Origin: Calcarisporiella thermophila CBS 279.70
Taxonomy: Eukaryota > Fungi > Calcarisporiellomycota
Reading direction: 5' to 3'
Assembly (NCBI RefSeq): GCF_041956535.1
Contig: NW_027192207.1
Coordinates: forward strand, 250,810 to 314,809
DNA: 64,000 nucleotides
Shown here piece after piece: positions 50,101-64,000 of the stretch (positions within the stretch are counted from its first letter, which is position 1; every line of letters starts with the position of its first letter). The notes beneath the pieces were generated by a model. The model was not told the DNA's origin, made no database searches, and was given only the letters and a program-made list of their open reading frames with translations. The translations under genes were made by a program, and so were the position numbers.

Positions 50101-52836
50101 AATACAATGCGGAAAGAACTTGCGGCTATCCGTTTGCAGCGGTTGGTGCGTGGATATCTTGCGCGGACGAGAAAGCAGCGCACCAAGAACGCTATTGTGT
50201 GCTTGCAAAGCTTAATCCGTGGTCGGGTTGCCCGCCGGGCCTACTCCAAGCTTAGAGAAAACAGAGCGGCTGTTAAAATCCAGAGTGCTTACCGCGGTTA
50301 TCGTGTTCGCCGTGAATATCAAGAAACACGCAAGAAGATTATTCTGGCCCAATGCTGCATTCGCCGATATCGGGCACGGCGCGATCTTAAACGTCTTAAG
50401 CAAGAGGCTCGCTCTGTCAATCACTACAAGGAAGTCAAGTATAAGCTCGAAAATAAGGTGGTCGAGCTCACACAACTCTTGGCGGTGGAGCGTGAGAAGA
50501 AGCAAGAGCTAATCAGAAACACGAATACACTGGAGGCCCAAGTGCATTCGTGGGCCGAGAAGTGCGAGCGACTTGAGAAGCGCACGCTAGAGCTTGAACA
50601 ACAAACACAGCAGCAATCTGTTCCCCTCGTTGAATTCCAGGCGCTCCAAAAGGAAAAGAACACCATCTCTTCGCAGTACCAGGAGTCTCTTGATCGAATC
50701 AAGGCGCAGGACGAGCAGATTGTACAGTTGAAAGCATCGCAGGACAAACTTCGCGAGGAAATCACAAAGTTGCAGGAGGAGCAGGAGAAGCAGCGCAAAG
50801 AGGTTGGAAAAAATGCAAACCAGGCCGATATTGTCGCCCAACTCCAAAAGGAGATTGCGCGGTACAAAGCCGAACTTGCGCTCAATGCTAGAGCTCCTCC
50901 TCAACCACGTCCTCAGCGTTCCATTCCTGCACCCGCTCCCTATGGTGAAGATAACCGCTCCACGTCCCTTGCGAGTACCCTCGTCGAGAATCACTATGAG
51001 AACGGATTCTTACTTAAGGAGTCCGGGGCTAATCACGGTGGTAATCGCCCCGCAGGAAAGGCATCCACTGGATTGTCCTCTGCAACCCGGCGCCTGCGCC
51101 GCAACAGCTCCGCCGAACCCTACGATATGCTCAAAGGTTCGGGTAAACCACGCACTTCCATGGAGCATGTCATCAAGGAGGCCGTGTTTAATCCGAAGCA
51201 TGTCTCTACCTCTTTCGACCATCTGGATATGAGTAAGATTCTGCGCCCGACACGTCGTGCGGCGGATCCTGAAGAAGGCGACCCCGAGGGAGAAATCATT
51301 CGATTGCTGGAGGAGGAGGAGCCAATGCGGGCAGAGATTCTTGAAGGACTTATCAAGAACCTCAAGATTCCGATGCCAAGTGTACAAAACCCATCTTCAG
51401 CGAAGGAGGTGCTTTTCCCCGCGCATGTTATTGGCCTCACGATAACCCAAATGTGGAAGCTGGGCTTCTTGTCTGAGTCAGAAAGACTGCTTTTCAATGT
51501 GATGGATACGATTCAAAAGCAATGCTTGGTAAATATTTCTTCCTTTTTTTCATCAATATTGTTGTACCGTTACTTAACTATCCCGCTAATGATATTTCCC
51601 TCCTTCGAATAGACCTATCAAGGAGATGAGGCCCTGATTCCATGCGCTTATTGGCTTTCAAACACACACGAGCTCTACTCTCTTATCTGTGCCTCTGAGG
51701 AGGAGCTACAGCATCAAGCAAGCCTCACATCCAATGCTGGCATGCGAGCCTTTGGTTGGCATGATTTCGAGAAGCTTATTGCCACGGTGAAATACGAGAT
51801 GCAGTGTCTCGAAGACAACATCTACCATGCCTGGCTTAAGGAGCTCAAGAAGCGCCTTGTGAAGATGATTGTTCCCTCGGTCATCGAGAGCCAATCGCTT
51901 CCAGGTTTCATCACCAACGACTCTGGTAGTCGCTTCCTCAACAAGCTGCTTACGGGAGGATCTCAAAATGCTTTCAGTATGGATGATATGCTCAATTTCT
52001 TCAACAAGCTGTGGCGCGCCATGAAATGCTATTACATCGAGCCTGCTGTCATACACCAAGTTCTGGCAGAGTTGCTGCGGTTAATTGGTGTGACCGGATT
52101 TAATGACCTCTTGATGCGAAAGAACTTCTGCTCATGGAAGAGAGGTAACCCACTCGACTCCTTTTCAATTATCTGAACAGTTCACTTACATTTATCCATA
52201 ACCTTCTAGCAATGCAAATTCAATACAACATTACTCGCATCGAGGAGTGGTGCAAGAGCCATGATATGCAGGAGGGTACCCTGCAATTGGAGCACTTGAT
52301 GCAGGCCACAAAGTTGCTTCAATTGAAGAAGGCAACGCTTCAGGATCTGGAAATCATCTACGATGTATGCTGGATTCTCACGCCCACACAAATTCAAAAG
52401 CTGATTTCCCACTACCATGTCGCCGACTACGAGGTACTATCCCATTGATATTTTACCGTTGTTTTTTTTATTGGTGCTAACAATGGTCTTTGTAAAACAG
52501 AGCCCAATTAGCCCAGAGATTCTAAAGGCGGTGGCTAGTCGCGTGAATGCGTCGGATAAGTCCGACATCCTGCTGTTGGACACAATCCCAGTTGAGGAGC
52601 CAGCGGCCGCTTTCGAGATTCCTGAACAACGTCCCTCGCGTACGCCAGAGAAATACCTTCCTTCATGGGTAATTTCCCTCCCTCTATTTACATTACAACA
52701 TCAATCCAATATTGCTAACCTTAATTTTTGACAATCCTCACAGTTGAATCTTGCTCGTTTGCGTCGCCTCACTTACCTTTGTGAATTGCAGAGTGAGCTT
52801 GAGATGGCCGCAAGAGACACTATCGATGAAGAATGA
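47174..52836 (+). CDS. MYO2: class V myosin (13 exons)
   Basis: P-loop GES|[21 protein letters not shown], about six IQ motifs, coiled coil, and DIL domain ([13 protein letters not shown]). Confidence 0.96.
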
Positions 52837-53272
52837 ATTTGATCGCATCTGGTTTTTTGGTTTCTTTTTTGCAGCGGTTTTCTTATTTTATTCGGGCAGG
52901 CTATGGATAGAAACTCATTTTGTTGTCATAACATTATTATATACATATAGCTTTTATTTGTTATTGTTACTACTTGGTAATTTCATTTATAGCCTATTTT
53001 ATTTGATCCTATTCCTACTTCCCTTGAAATAGAAGGCCAAATGGAAGAAATAACTTTATGCTTTTCTTGAGTGTAAAACTTGTTTCCTGTTGCCACCGAA
53101 CTCGCACCTCTCCAACCTTCGCAGCCAATCCACTTCAGTCCAAGTAGGCAGTCACATATCTTAGTTTAAAAAATGCGAGTTCGACGCGGTCCAACTCGTT
53201 CCTTGTCCTTTTTGAGCATTGGGTATACATTATTCACGAAGTCGTCCAAAAGCTAAATTATTTTCATTTCCC

Positions 53273-55840
<2,568 letters not shown>

Positions 55841-56167
55841 ATATTATAATGTTGATTTTTGAACAATTTTTTGTTGTTTTTGCTCTAATATTTTCTTCTC
55901 TTGGTTTATACTTTTTCAAGTAGTTTCATATTATTTCATTCCCATTTCTATATCCCCGGTTATTATATACATAATTTTCCTTATTCAAAACGTGTTAAAT
56001 ATACCGAAAAAAAAACTTATAATATGAATACTCCAATATTTAACTTTCTTCCTCATGAACGATTTCTTCAATAAGTCTTGGATTTATTTGATGAATAAAA
56101 TACGTGGTTGATTTAAATAAAGCTCGGTTAAAATTGGGGGGCCATTCGAGTAAAAAAAATAGGTACT

Positions 56168-57600
56168 TTAGTAAATCTGCCAAAGGCTGATGCGTTCATC
56201 CTTTCCGGCGGCAGCCACCCAATTTTTCGATGCCTCCCCCTCCTCTGTTGGCTCCTCTTGGCTCAGTACGTTGGTAAATGCCAGGGCATAGACACTCTCA
56301 GTGTGATAGGATAGTATGGCTAGTGGTTTGAACGTCTTTGAAGAGAAAATTCGTACTCTTCGGATAGTATTATTTCGAAAAAAAGTATAATTAGAGGCCA
56401 CCCTTTTGGATGAAAAAAAGAAAGTTTGCTTACTTTCCATCCCACCCGGCGGTACCAAAAATTCGACCATCCGAGCGTATCTTGACATTGGAAACGCCAG
56501 CATGTTTTACCGTCAGAATACGCACAACAGGTTTGTCCGTCTATTTCCAAGTCACCTGTCATGAGTCAACCATCACCAAAATATTATTTGGTAAACCTAC
56601 CTCAACAAGTGAGTACTTGACAATTTTATCATCTTCGCCGCAGGAGAGGGCCCAGTTACAATCACTTGACACATCCAATCCTAATGCTATTCACATGCAC
56701 GCCAGTAGAACGTTGAGAGGAATTTCTTATCCATCACATATATGCAAAATCCAAAAAATACCTGTGCCCGAATGCTCCTTTACGGACCACACCTTTTCCA
56801 CATTGTCCATTAATTTCCATAGAATTACATTGCCAGATTCGTAGGCGACTAGAAGAAGGTAAAAGCTCTCAAGCTTAAATAGACGAATTGCCATGCAGAG
56901 TCCTAGAGAGCAACATTAGGACATATATCATAACGAGATAGATTTTCAATGGGATACCTGTTTGCTTTCGTACATCCTCGCCGATATTTTTGAATAGTGG
57001 TTGCATCTCGTTAAAATCAAAAATATCAACCTACAATGAATGGTTAACAATTAAAAAGGCTACAGGTACACATGCGACAAGCTTACCACATCGGATCTTT
57101 CGAGACCAGGAAGTGCAATCAACTGTTGATTACTCCCTCCACAGCAGAGAGAGAAGGAGCAGAAATTGAGCGAGTTCACGGGTATTGTTCTTTGCGGTGA
57201 ATTCATTCGAATTGGCTCGGACGCAGAATCTTCAAGCTCCCATACCTTCAACTTATTATCACGTCCTTGACTTTGCAAATAGATTGTAAAGAAAAGATTA
57301 TATTTATATGTAAACGAATTATATCCATACCTGATAATAATCCCGTCCAAAGGCCAAACTGCTATAATTGAGTCTTCATGGCCTCGAAAACGGTGTAGCG
57401 GTCGACGTGTTTTTAAATTCCAAACAATAATATATCCATCAGCATCTCTAAAAACGCGAAAAAAAAAACATTAATTCAAATATCACCTAATTTGAATACA
57501 AAGATTACCCAGATATGAGATTCCTGTTGTCATTCGTAAATAATATTGTGTTTACTTGCGATGTATGACCTCGAAATACGTAGCTTGGTACTAGTGTCAT
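56168..57600 (-). CDS. ASA1: ASA1/GNB1L WD40 protein (8 exons)
   Basis: MTLVPSYVFRGH, SQGRDNKL, VNSLNFC, FGTAGWDG, KPLAILSYH, KDERISLWQIY*. Confidence 0.85.
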
Positions 57601-57959
57601 CAAAAAGGTGCTCTGCAAGAATGCATCGTTAACTTTAACTTCATGTACTGTGACTTATTATTTTCATCCCAATTGATGCATGAAAATTTGCTGTACTTTC
57701 ATTGTCCGTAGCAAATTCATTATCACAACTTATTATCAACGGAAAACTATAAGTAATATTAATTTTATTATTAATATAGAAAAATACTATAGAGTATTGC
57801 AAGGTATCTTTATATCAGTCAGTTGTTGAACGGGGTAGAAGAATATCTTCTTCTCGTTATCTTAGTGGCTCTTTTGCTTGCGTTATACAAGGAGATTGAT
57901 GTTAATTGAGCAGAGGATGGAATGTTATATTTTCAATGCTGCAATTTTATGTTAAAATA

Positions 57960-58390
57960 TAGGCAATTTCCAATAAGACAAATATCTTGTTCAAGGAAGC
58001 GAGGTCAGATATTGAAAACTGTTTAGGAGCTGAGAACTGTGAAACGGTTGATTTTTACTAAGGTTAGCGAGTTTCTACAGAGAATGCGGGGACTTGAAAA
58101 GGCAGAACAGCCGTATCAAATGATGTTGGCGATTATGGAAAGGGTATATGGAGCTGAGGGTCTTGATATTGAATATACTCTGCAAAAGTTAGCAGATTTT
58201 TACATTATTCGTCGAAATTGCAACTAGGCAGATCAACTATATCAAAGAGGTGATGTATAACAATTTAAAAAATCCCTAGATTGGTATTCTCAAATATATA
58301 AACACCATATACATTAAAGTAATTTTGATATTGAAAAAAGGGTTATAAAATTGAATACTCAAGCTCTTAAACTTGCCTTAGAAATTGTGT
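57960..58390 (+). pseudogene. degenerate kinesin-light-chain-type TPR fragment
   Basis: 'AEQPYQMMLAIMERVYGAEGLDIEYTLQKLADFY...*ADQLYQR' with stops and frameshifts, in AT-rich DNA. Confidence 0.55.
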
Positions 58391-59936
58391 ATGAAATTTT
58401 TATTTTTCACTTCTTATCCTTTCATATCATCATATCAAACTATATTAAGGTGCGTTAAAAATAGCAAACACGTCTATTTATGCTCTATTTGACTGTCTTT
58501 ATGGACTTGTAAAAACTTGATGTTGGATTAACTAGAGAATTACAGTTGTATACTTTGGTATGTAAATGAAGGGTTTTTATATATTCGCACGTCCGACCAT
58601 ATGACGCATTTACAACTTTCAAGATCCTATGCCGATATTTACGGGCAAAGCCAATGTAAACATATTGATAGCCAATTTACAAAAGAAGCCTACTTTTTTT
58701 ACACAACCTTGAATTCACTTTACTACTATTCAGCGTATTACTCATTCCTGTCAGAAATAATTAACATTGTAATTCTCCATGGATTTTTCGTTAGCATCCA
58801 AAAAAATATTACACACGCTTGCATTGAAGTTTCGAAAAAGGGGCTTTTTCCTGTCTTTCTGAAAGAACGCGTGGACAACCTGCAGTTGGCTTGGGAGCTT
58901 GAGGTGCGCACAAGCTACAATATTTATTCACGGAACCGCACCTGATCCCAAGTGTAAGGGAGAACTTTTTAGAAGTAATCCTTCAATCCTTAAGGTGATC
59001 CAAGTTGTAACACCTTCTGGAAGTTTCTTCATTAGGTGTGGCAATAAAGTGTTGGAAGTAAGGAGAACTGCAGCAAGTGAAGCATTTATTTTAAGACTTT
59101 TTTTATATCAAGTAGCCTTGATTTTTTTCACAATAATAAAAAACTTATTTAATTTTTCGAGCGAGAGAATATCTTTTACCTTCACTTTTCATATCTATTT
59201 CTTACCTGACTTTGTTTAGTTCTTTTAAATAGTTTCAGTCAATAGTTTTCTAATTCTTCTAGCGATTCTTTATTATTTTTTAAACTATTAATAATAATGC
59301 TCTCGTCACTTTACAGTTCTGTTGACGCAATTTACTCGATCGATTCACTCCACGCTCTTTCGAAGCCACTTCAGCATGCGTCGCTCCACGCTTACATTCT
59401 CGCCAGCTTCTCTGCGCAGATTTCCTTCTTTATCCTTTCGCTCCACCTGCACTAAAATACCTGTCGAGGGACCAATCAAAGCACCACATTTTGTAAGAGT
59501 ACTGTGGGAAGCACTGCAGCTTCAGCGTTGATCCACCTTAATTAAGGTGCTGTAGTACTTCTCAGAGTCTGATCATCCACCAATAGGCGTAATGGTCTCG
59601 ACAACGCACTTCTAACATTATTGGCCTGAGACAGGTTGAGTGAAAGGTATGGGGTCTGAAAGATGCATTTGCACGTTCCCCTTGTCTTCTCAGCGGCAGA
59701 GTCCATCAGCGCATCACCCAAAGAGAAATGCGTAACCGGTTTGATGCTCTATATTTCCGCATGCACCCAAACGACTCACCTGGGCACAATTGAACATCAC
59801 TACGACTATAAAAAAGGCCTCAGCAGGGCATTCGCAGCACGCTCTTTTCTACCTACAATTTGTTTCGCCAGTTGATTTCTCACACCGTTGACAAAAGAAT
59901 CAATCGCAAACTTACCTGCAAGTGGAATCAACCAAA

Positions 59937-60508
59937 ATGCAACTTGTAAAATTAGCTGTCAGTTTCGTGGTTGTTTGCGCAATCCAGCTGTTTGCATCGG
60001 CAAACGTGATTACAAATGATGAAATTATGAAAAGGCAGAGCGCAGGTAGTATCTAAGTTCGAATGCTTGTAGAACGGTCAATTCAGACTAACTCGCACTA
60101 TTGATTATTTGCTCCATAGATATAACAGGTAAACATCGCTCAATCATGCCATAGCCAGGAATTTATTTGTATGCTAATGGACCATGCATCATGTCATTTG
60201 TGCTTTTCGATTACCCTAAATAGAAGGCAACCTAAGTATTGTTAAATGGTATAATATGATATTTCTTTTGAAGACTAACGCAGTTATGTTCAGTTATGTC
60301 AGAGACCCTACTCCCTGCAAATTCTTTCTTTCAAAAAATAGGTAAAAGACAAACTTGTCCAAGTGGCTTCGGCTTGTGTAGTAGTGGAAGGTGTTGTCCA
60401 ATCGGAGGCGATTGTTGTTCAAACCAAAGTTGCTGTAATAAGGGTTCGTATTGTTTGAAATCTAAGGGAAAAATCGGTTGTTGCCCGAATGGTAAAACGT
60501 GCGAGTAA
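59937..60508 (+). CDS. small secreted Cys-rich prepropeptide with two micro-exons
   Basis: Exons 59937-60045, 60120-60128, 60224-60235 and 60294-60508 splice in frame: signal peptide, two KR-Q sites, and a 52-aa domain with 12 Cys. Confidence 0.75.
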
Positions 60509-60879
60509 AAAGAAATATCTACGCAGTTGGTGTATATTGTTTATAATGCTATGTATATAATATAATTTCACTACCACCTAGGCCATTCAACAATTCAATC
60601 AGGTAAAATTTTAATAAATCATGTCAGGAGGAGGTTCTATTTTTTATTTTACAGAATTGATGAAACAGAAAATATAATCAACATCGTAGTGAAATATATA
60701 CATAAATGCATATTTGAAAGAGTCACTCAAAAACATAGTGTAATATATCATATTACAGCTATTTTTCAGGCATATAGCAAGTGTGAGCAAAATCGTACTA
60801 GTAAAGAAATAGGAATGATAAAAAATGTTAAAAGCTATGACAGAAAAGGGAAAACTTTCACATATTCAGAAAATGGTCT

Positions 60880-61027
60880 ACATATTGATTGAGTTTGGTT
60901 GTCATCATATATCTTCTATCAAAAAATATAATGATTCTCCGAGGAAAAATTGTATAGAAAAGCCAATGTCGGGTTACCGACCATAAGCTAGTTGTGTAAT
61001 CTTCGCTTGTCGACAAGTTCACATATT
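60880..61027. repeat. decayed direct duplicate of the SIW14 3' end (source ~61498-61645)
   Basis: gaggaaaaattgtataga...ttaccga...tcgcttgtcgacaag aligns to 61559-61636. Confidence 0.8.
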
Positions 61028-61519
61028 GTAATCCTTGTGGATGATAATGATGATGGCATTACTAATAGGTGCAAACATTTTCCGAAGCAATACAAACGTC
61101 TAAAAAACACTACTCGATCGTCGAAGCAAGATGGTGGTGAAAGGGGTGAAAGTTATATTCAAAATAAAATGACACCATGGTTTGTATAATATTGAGGAAT
61201 AATAATTTTAATTACTTTTTGCATTTATTTAGCGTTCTATTTTCTTTTTTGCATATACATTATTTTAGCTTGCTTGTCAAAAAAATTATAAAACTTATTT
61301 TAATGACAGCTTACAGATCCTTGTTCAGTCTTTCCGCAATTTGAGATAATCATAGCTTTATACTTTTTTGTCCTTGATCAAAGTTTGTCGAAGAAAAAAC
61401 AGATAAATATTATTAAGAAAATGGATGTATATACAAGAGAGGAAACAAAGAAAAATATCACATTTTCAAAAAAAAAAAACTTACAAATCATGACATACAT
61501 ATTGAATCTTTTTTGAGTG

Positions 61520-62634
<1,115 letters not shown>

Positions 62635-63597
62635 GATGTACTGAGCTGAGGGGAATGACGAATGGTCGATCTATCGTGCAAGCGGAGAAAGGATTTTCTA
62701 CTTTCACTTTATCAAAACGCAAGGACATGCCAATCGGTGTATTAAAGTCTAAAAGATATTACACGTGCCCCCAGCCACGAAATGGATCAAAATAGAGATG
62801 CGCATACATCGAAGTTTTCGATGCGATGTTCCCAAAAAAATACGCCACCGCCTTGTACTTCAATCTGCAATTTGGCGAGGGAAAGAGGCGCTCCATCGAG
62901 GGAGAAAGCTATCTTAAACCTTGTCTGATTCGAACCAGCAGAAAATCTCTCCGTTGGTGCCGATTCCAAATCTTCGTATAACCAAGGGCAAAACAGGCAC
63001 AACTGACGAGCAAGGTACCTTACCCGGGAGCCCTCCTCTTGACTGAGGAAATGCTAACGAAAGGAAAAGGCCAGCGATCCGCTTCGCACTTTGCAGACTC
63101 TAGATATTGCAGGTTCGCACCATTCAAGTGGTCTCCTCTGGATGGAAAATTGATTGTGCGGAGGTTGATCGTTAGGGCACCGCCAGCAGCGAGCTTCATG
63201 ATCTGGGGACTCTCTCAAGCAACTCTAAGATTTCGCGATTTTTAATATACCTGTTCAATATCGAATGGCCACGCCCAACGCGACACAGAGATACGGACTC
63301 CCACCAGTGCTCCGGTCGTTGTAAGAGGTTCCAGAGCCCACACTTGCCATTTTCCTCTCTAACAAAAGCCAGAGTTCGGGGCCCCCTTCTTCAGCGCTAA
63401 TAAGCCCCTTGATTCTTTCTCATCAGCCCCCAGGCTACCGTCTCTGGGGCCGCTCAAAGCTAAAAAGCCATCCAAAAAAGCAATGAAAGTGAATAAAGCT
63501 GTTGGGGTGGTGAAGCGAGCCTTCTTTTTCCCTCTACATGGTATAAAGTTCGACTTCCTCTTCATTGCGCATTCCATACATTCTACATCCCAAAAGC

Positions 63598-64000
63598 ATG
63601 GATATCAACTGGTGTCTCGTGTGCGAGAAGAAATTCAACAATCATGTATGTTCTCGATCCCCTTTCTTAATGCCAAGACACTCGTGAGCCTAACCCTCTC
63701 CTCTCTCTTCCGCAATTTACCGTTAGGATGACGACCTCGCCCTCTACTGCAGCATCCATTGTGCGCGTGCCGACTCTCAGCATTCAAGCATGTCCTCATC
63801 CCCGCTCTGTTCCCGGCTGCCCCTCGACTCTTTGTCCACGATTGGCTCGGCTTCTCCTTGCTCTACCCCTCCTGCCACCATCGTCGACACTCCCATTCTC
63901 AATCCACGGCGTCGCTCTCTGCAACAGCAAGTCGCTTCGCCACCCTTGCTCTCGTTAACAGCATTATACCCACTGGCCGCCACGAGCTTCCAGAAAAAAA
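63598..64000 (+). CDS. Ecl1-family zinc-binding lifespan regulator (partial; intron 63646-63726); missed by the ORF track
   Basis: Spliced MDINWCLVCEKKFNNH|DDDLALYCSIHCARAD matches CxxC...LYCSxxC..D; the frame stays open to the window end. Confidence 0.85.

Noticed and set aside
49553-52059. Many overlapping and antisense ORFs within MYO2 (and within the esterases)
   Set aside because: Shadow ORFs of long coding exons with no independent motifs.
62918-62990. tRNA-like GGTTCGAATC on the minus strand
   Set aside because: The T-stem does not pair fully and there is no D-arm or anticodon arm.
63728-63958. 76-aa ORF from the ORF track
   Set aside because: Wrong frame; the spliced Ecl1-like frame explains the region.

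Overview
This is eukaryotic, intron-rich fungal DNA with short (~50-100 nt) GT-AG introns. A Kv channel and a BRAT1-like gene suggest an early-diverging, non-Dikarya lineage (inference). The ORF track therefore shows exon fragments, and I assembled gene models by hand from splice sites. The housekeeping backbone is: SUR7/PalI-like, KEX2, Kv channel, GPI Ser/Thr-rich protein, Derlin, TRS33, RPL29, Afi1/MesA, BRAT1-like, cytochrome c, DH-PH RhoGEF, myosin V, CHK2-like kinase, ASA1, SIW14 and ECL1. Accessory parts are an intronless tandem array of four secreted type-B carboxylesterases with two pseudogenes, and small secreted proteins. The main candidate novelty is an unannotated, structurally intact U1-like snRNA gene (44867-45017, minus strand). 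Its 5' end reads ACACUUUCCU instead of AUACUUACCU, which is complementary to AG/GAAAGU (GA) donors. It lies about 4 kb from a BRAT1-like gene that keeps the INTS11-binding C-terminal DCY motif. I found no GA-AG intron in this window.
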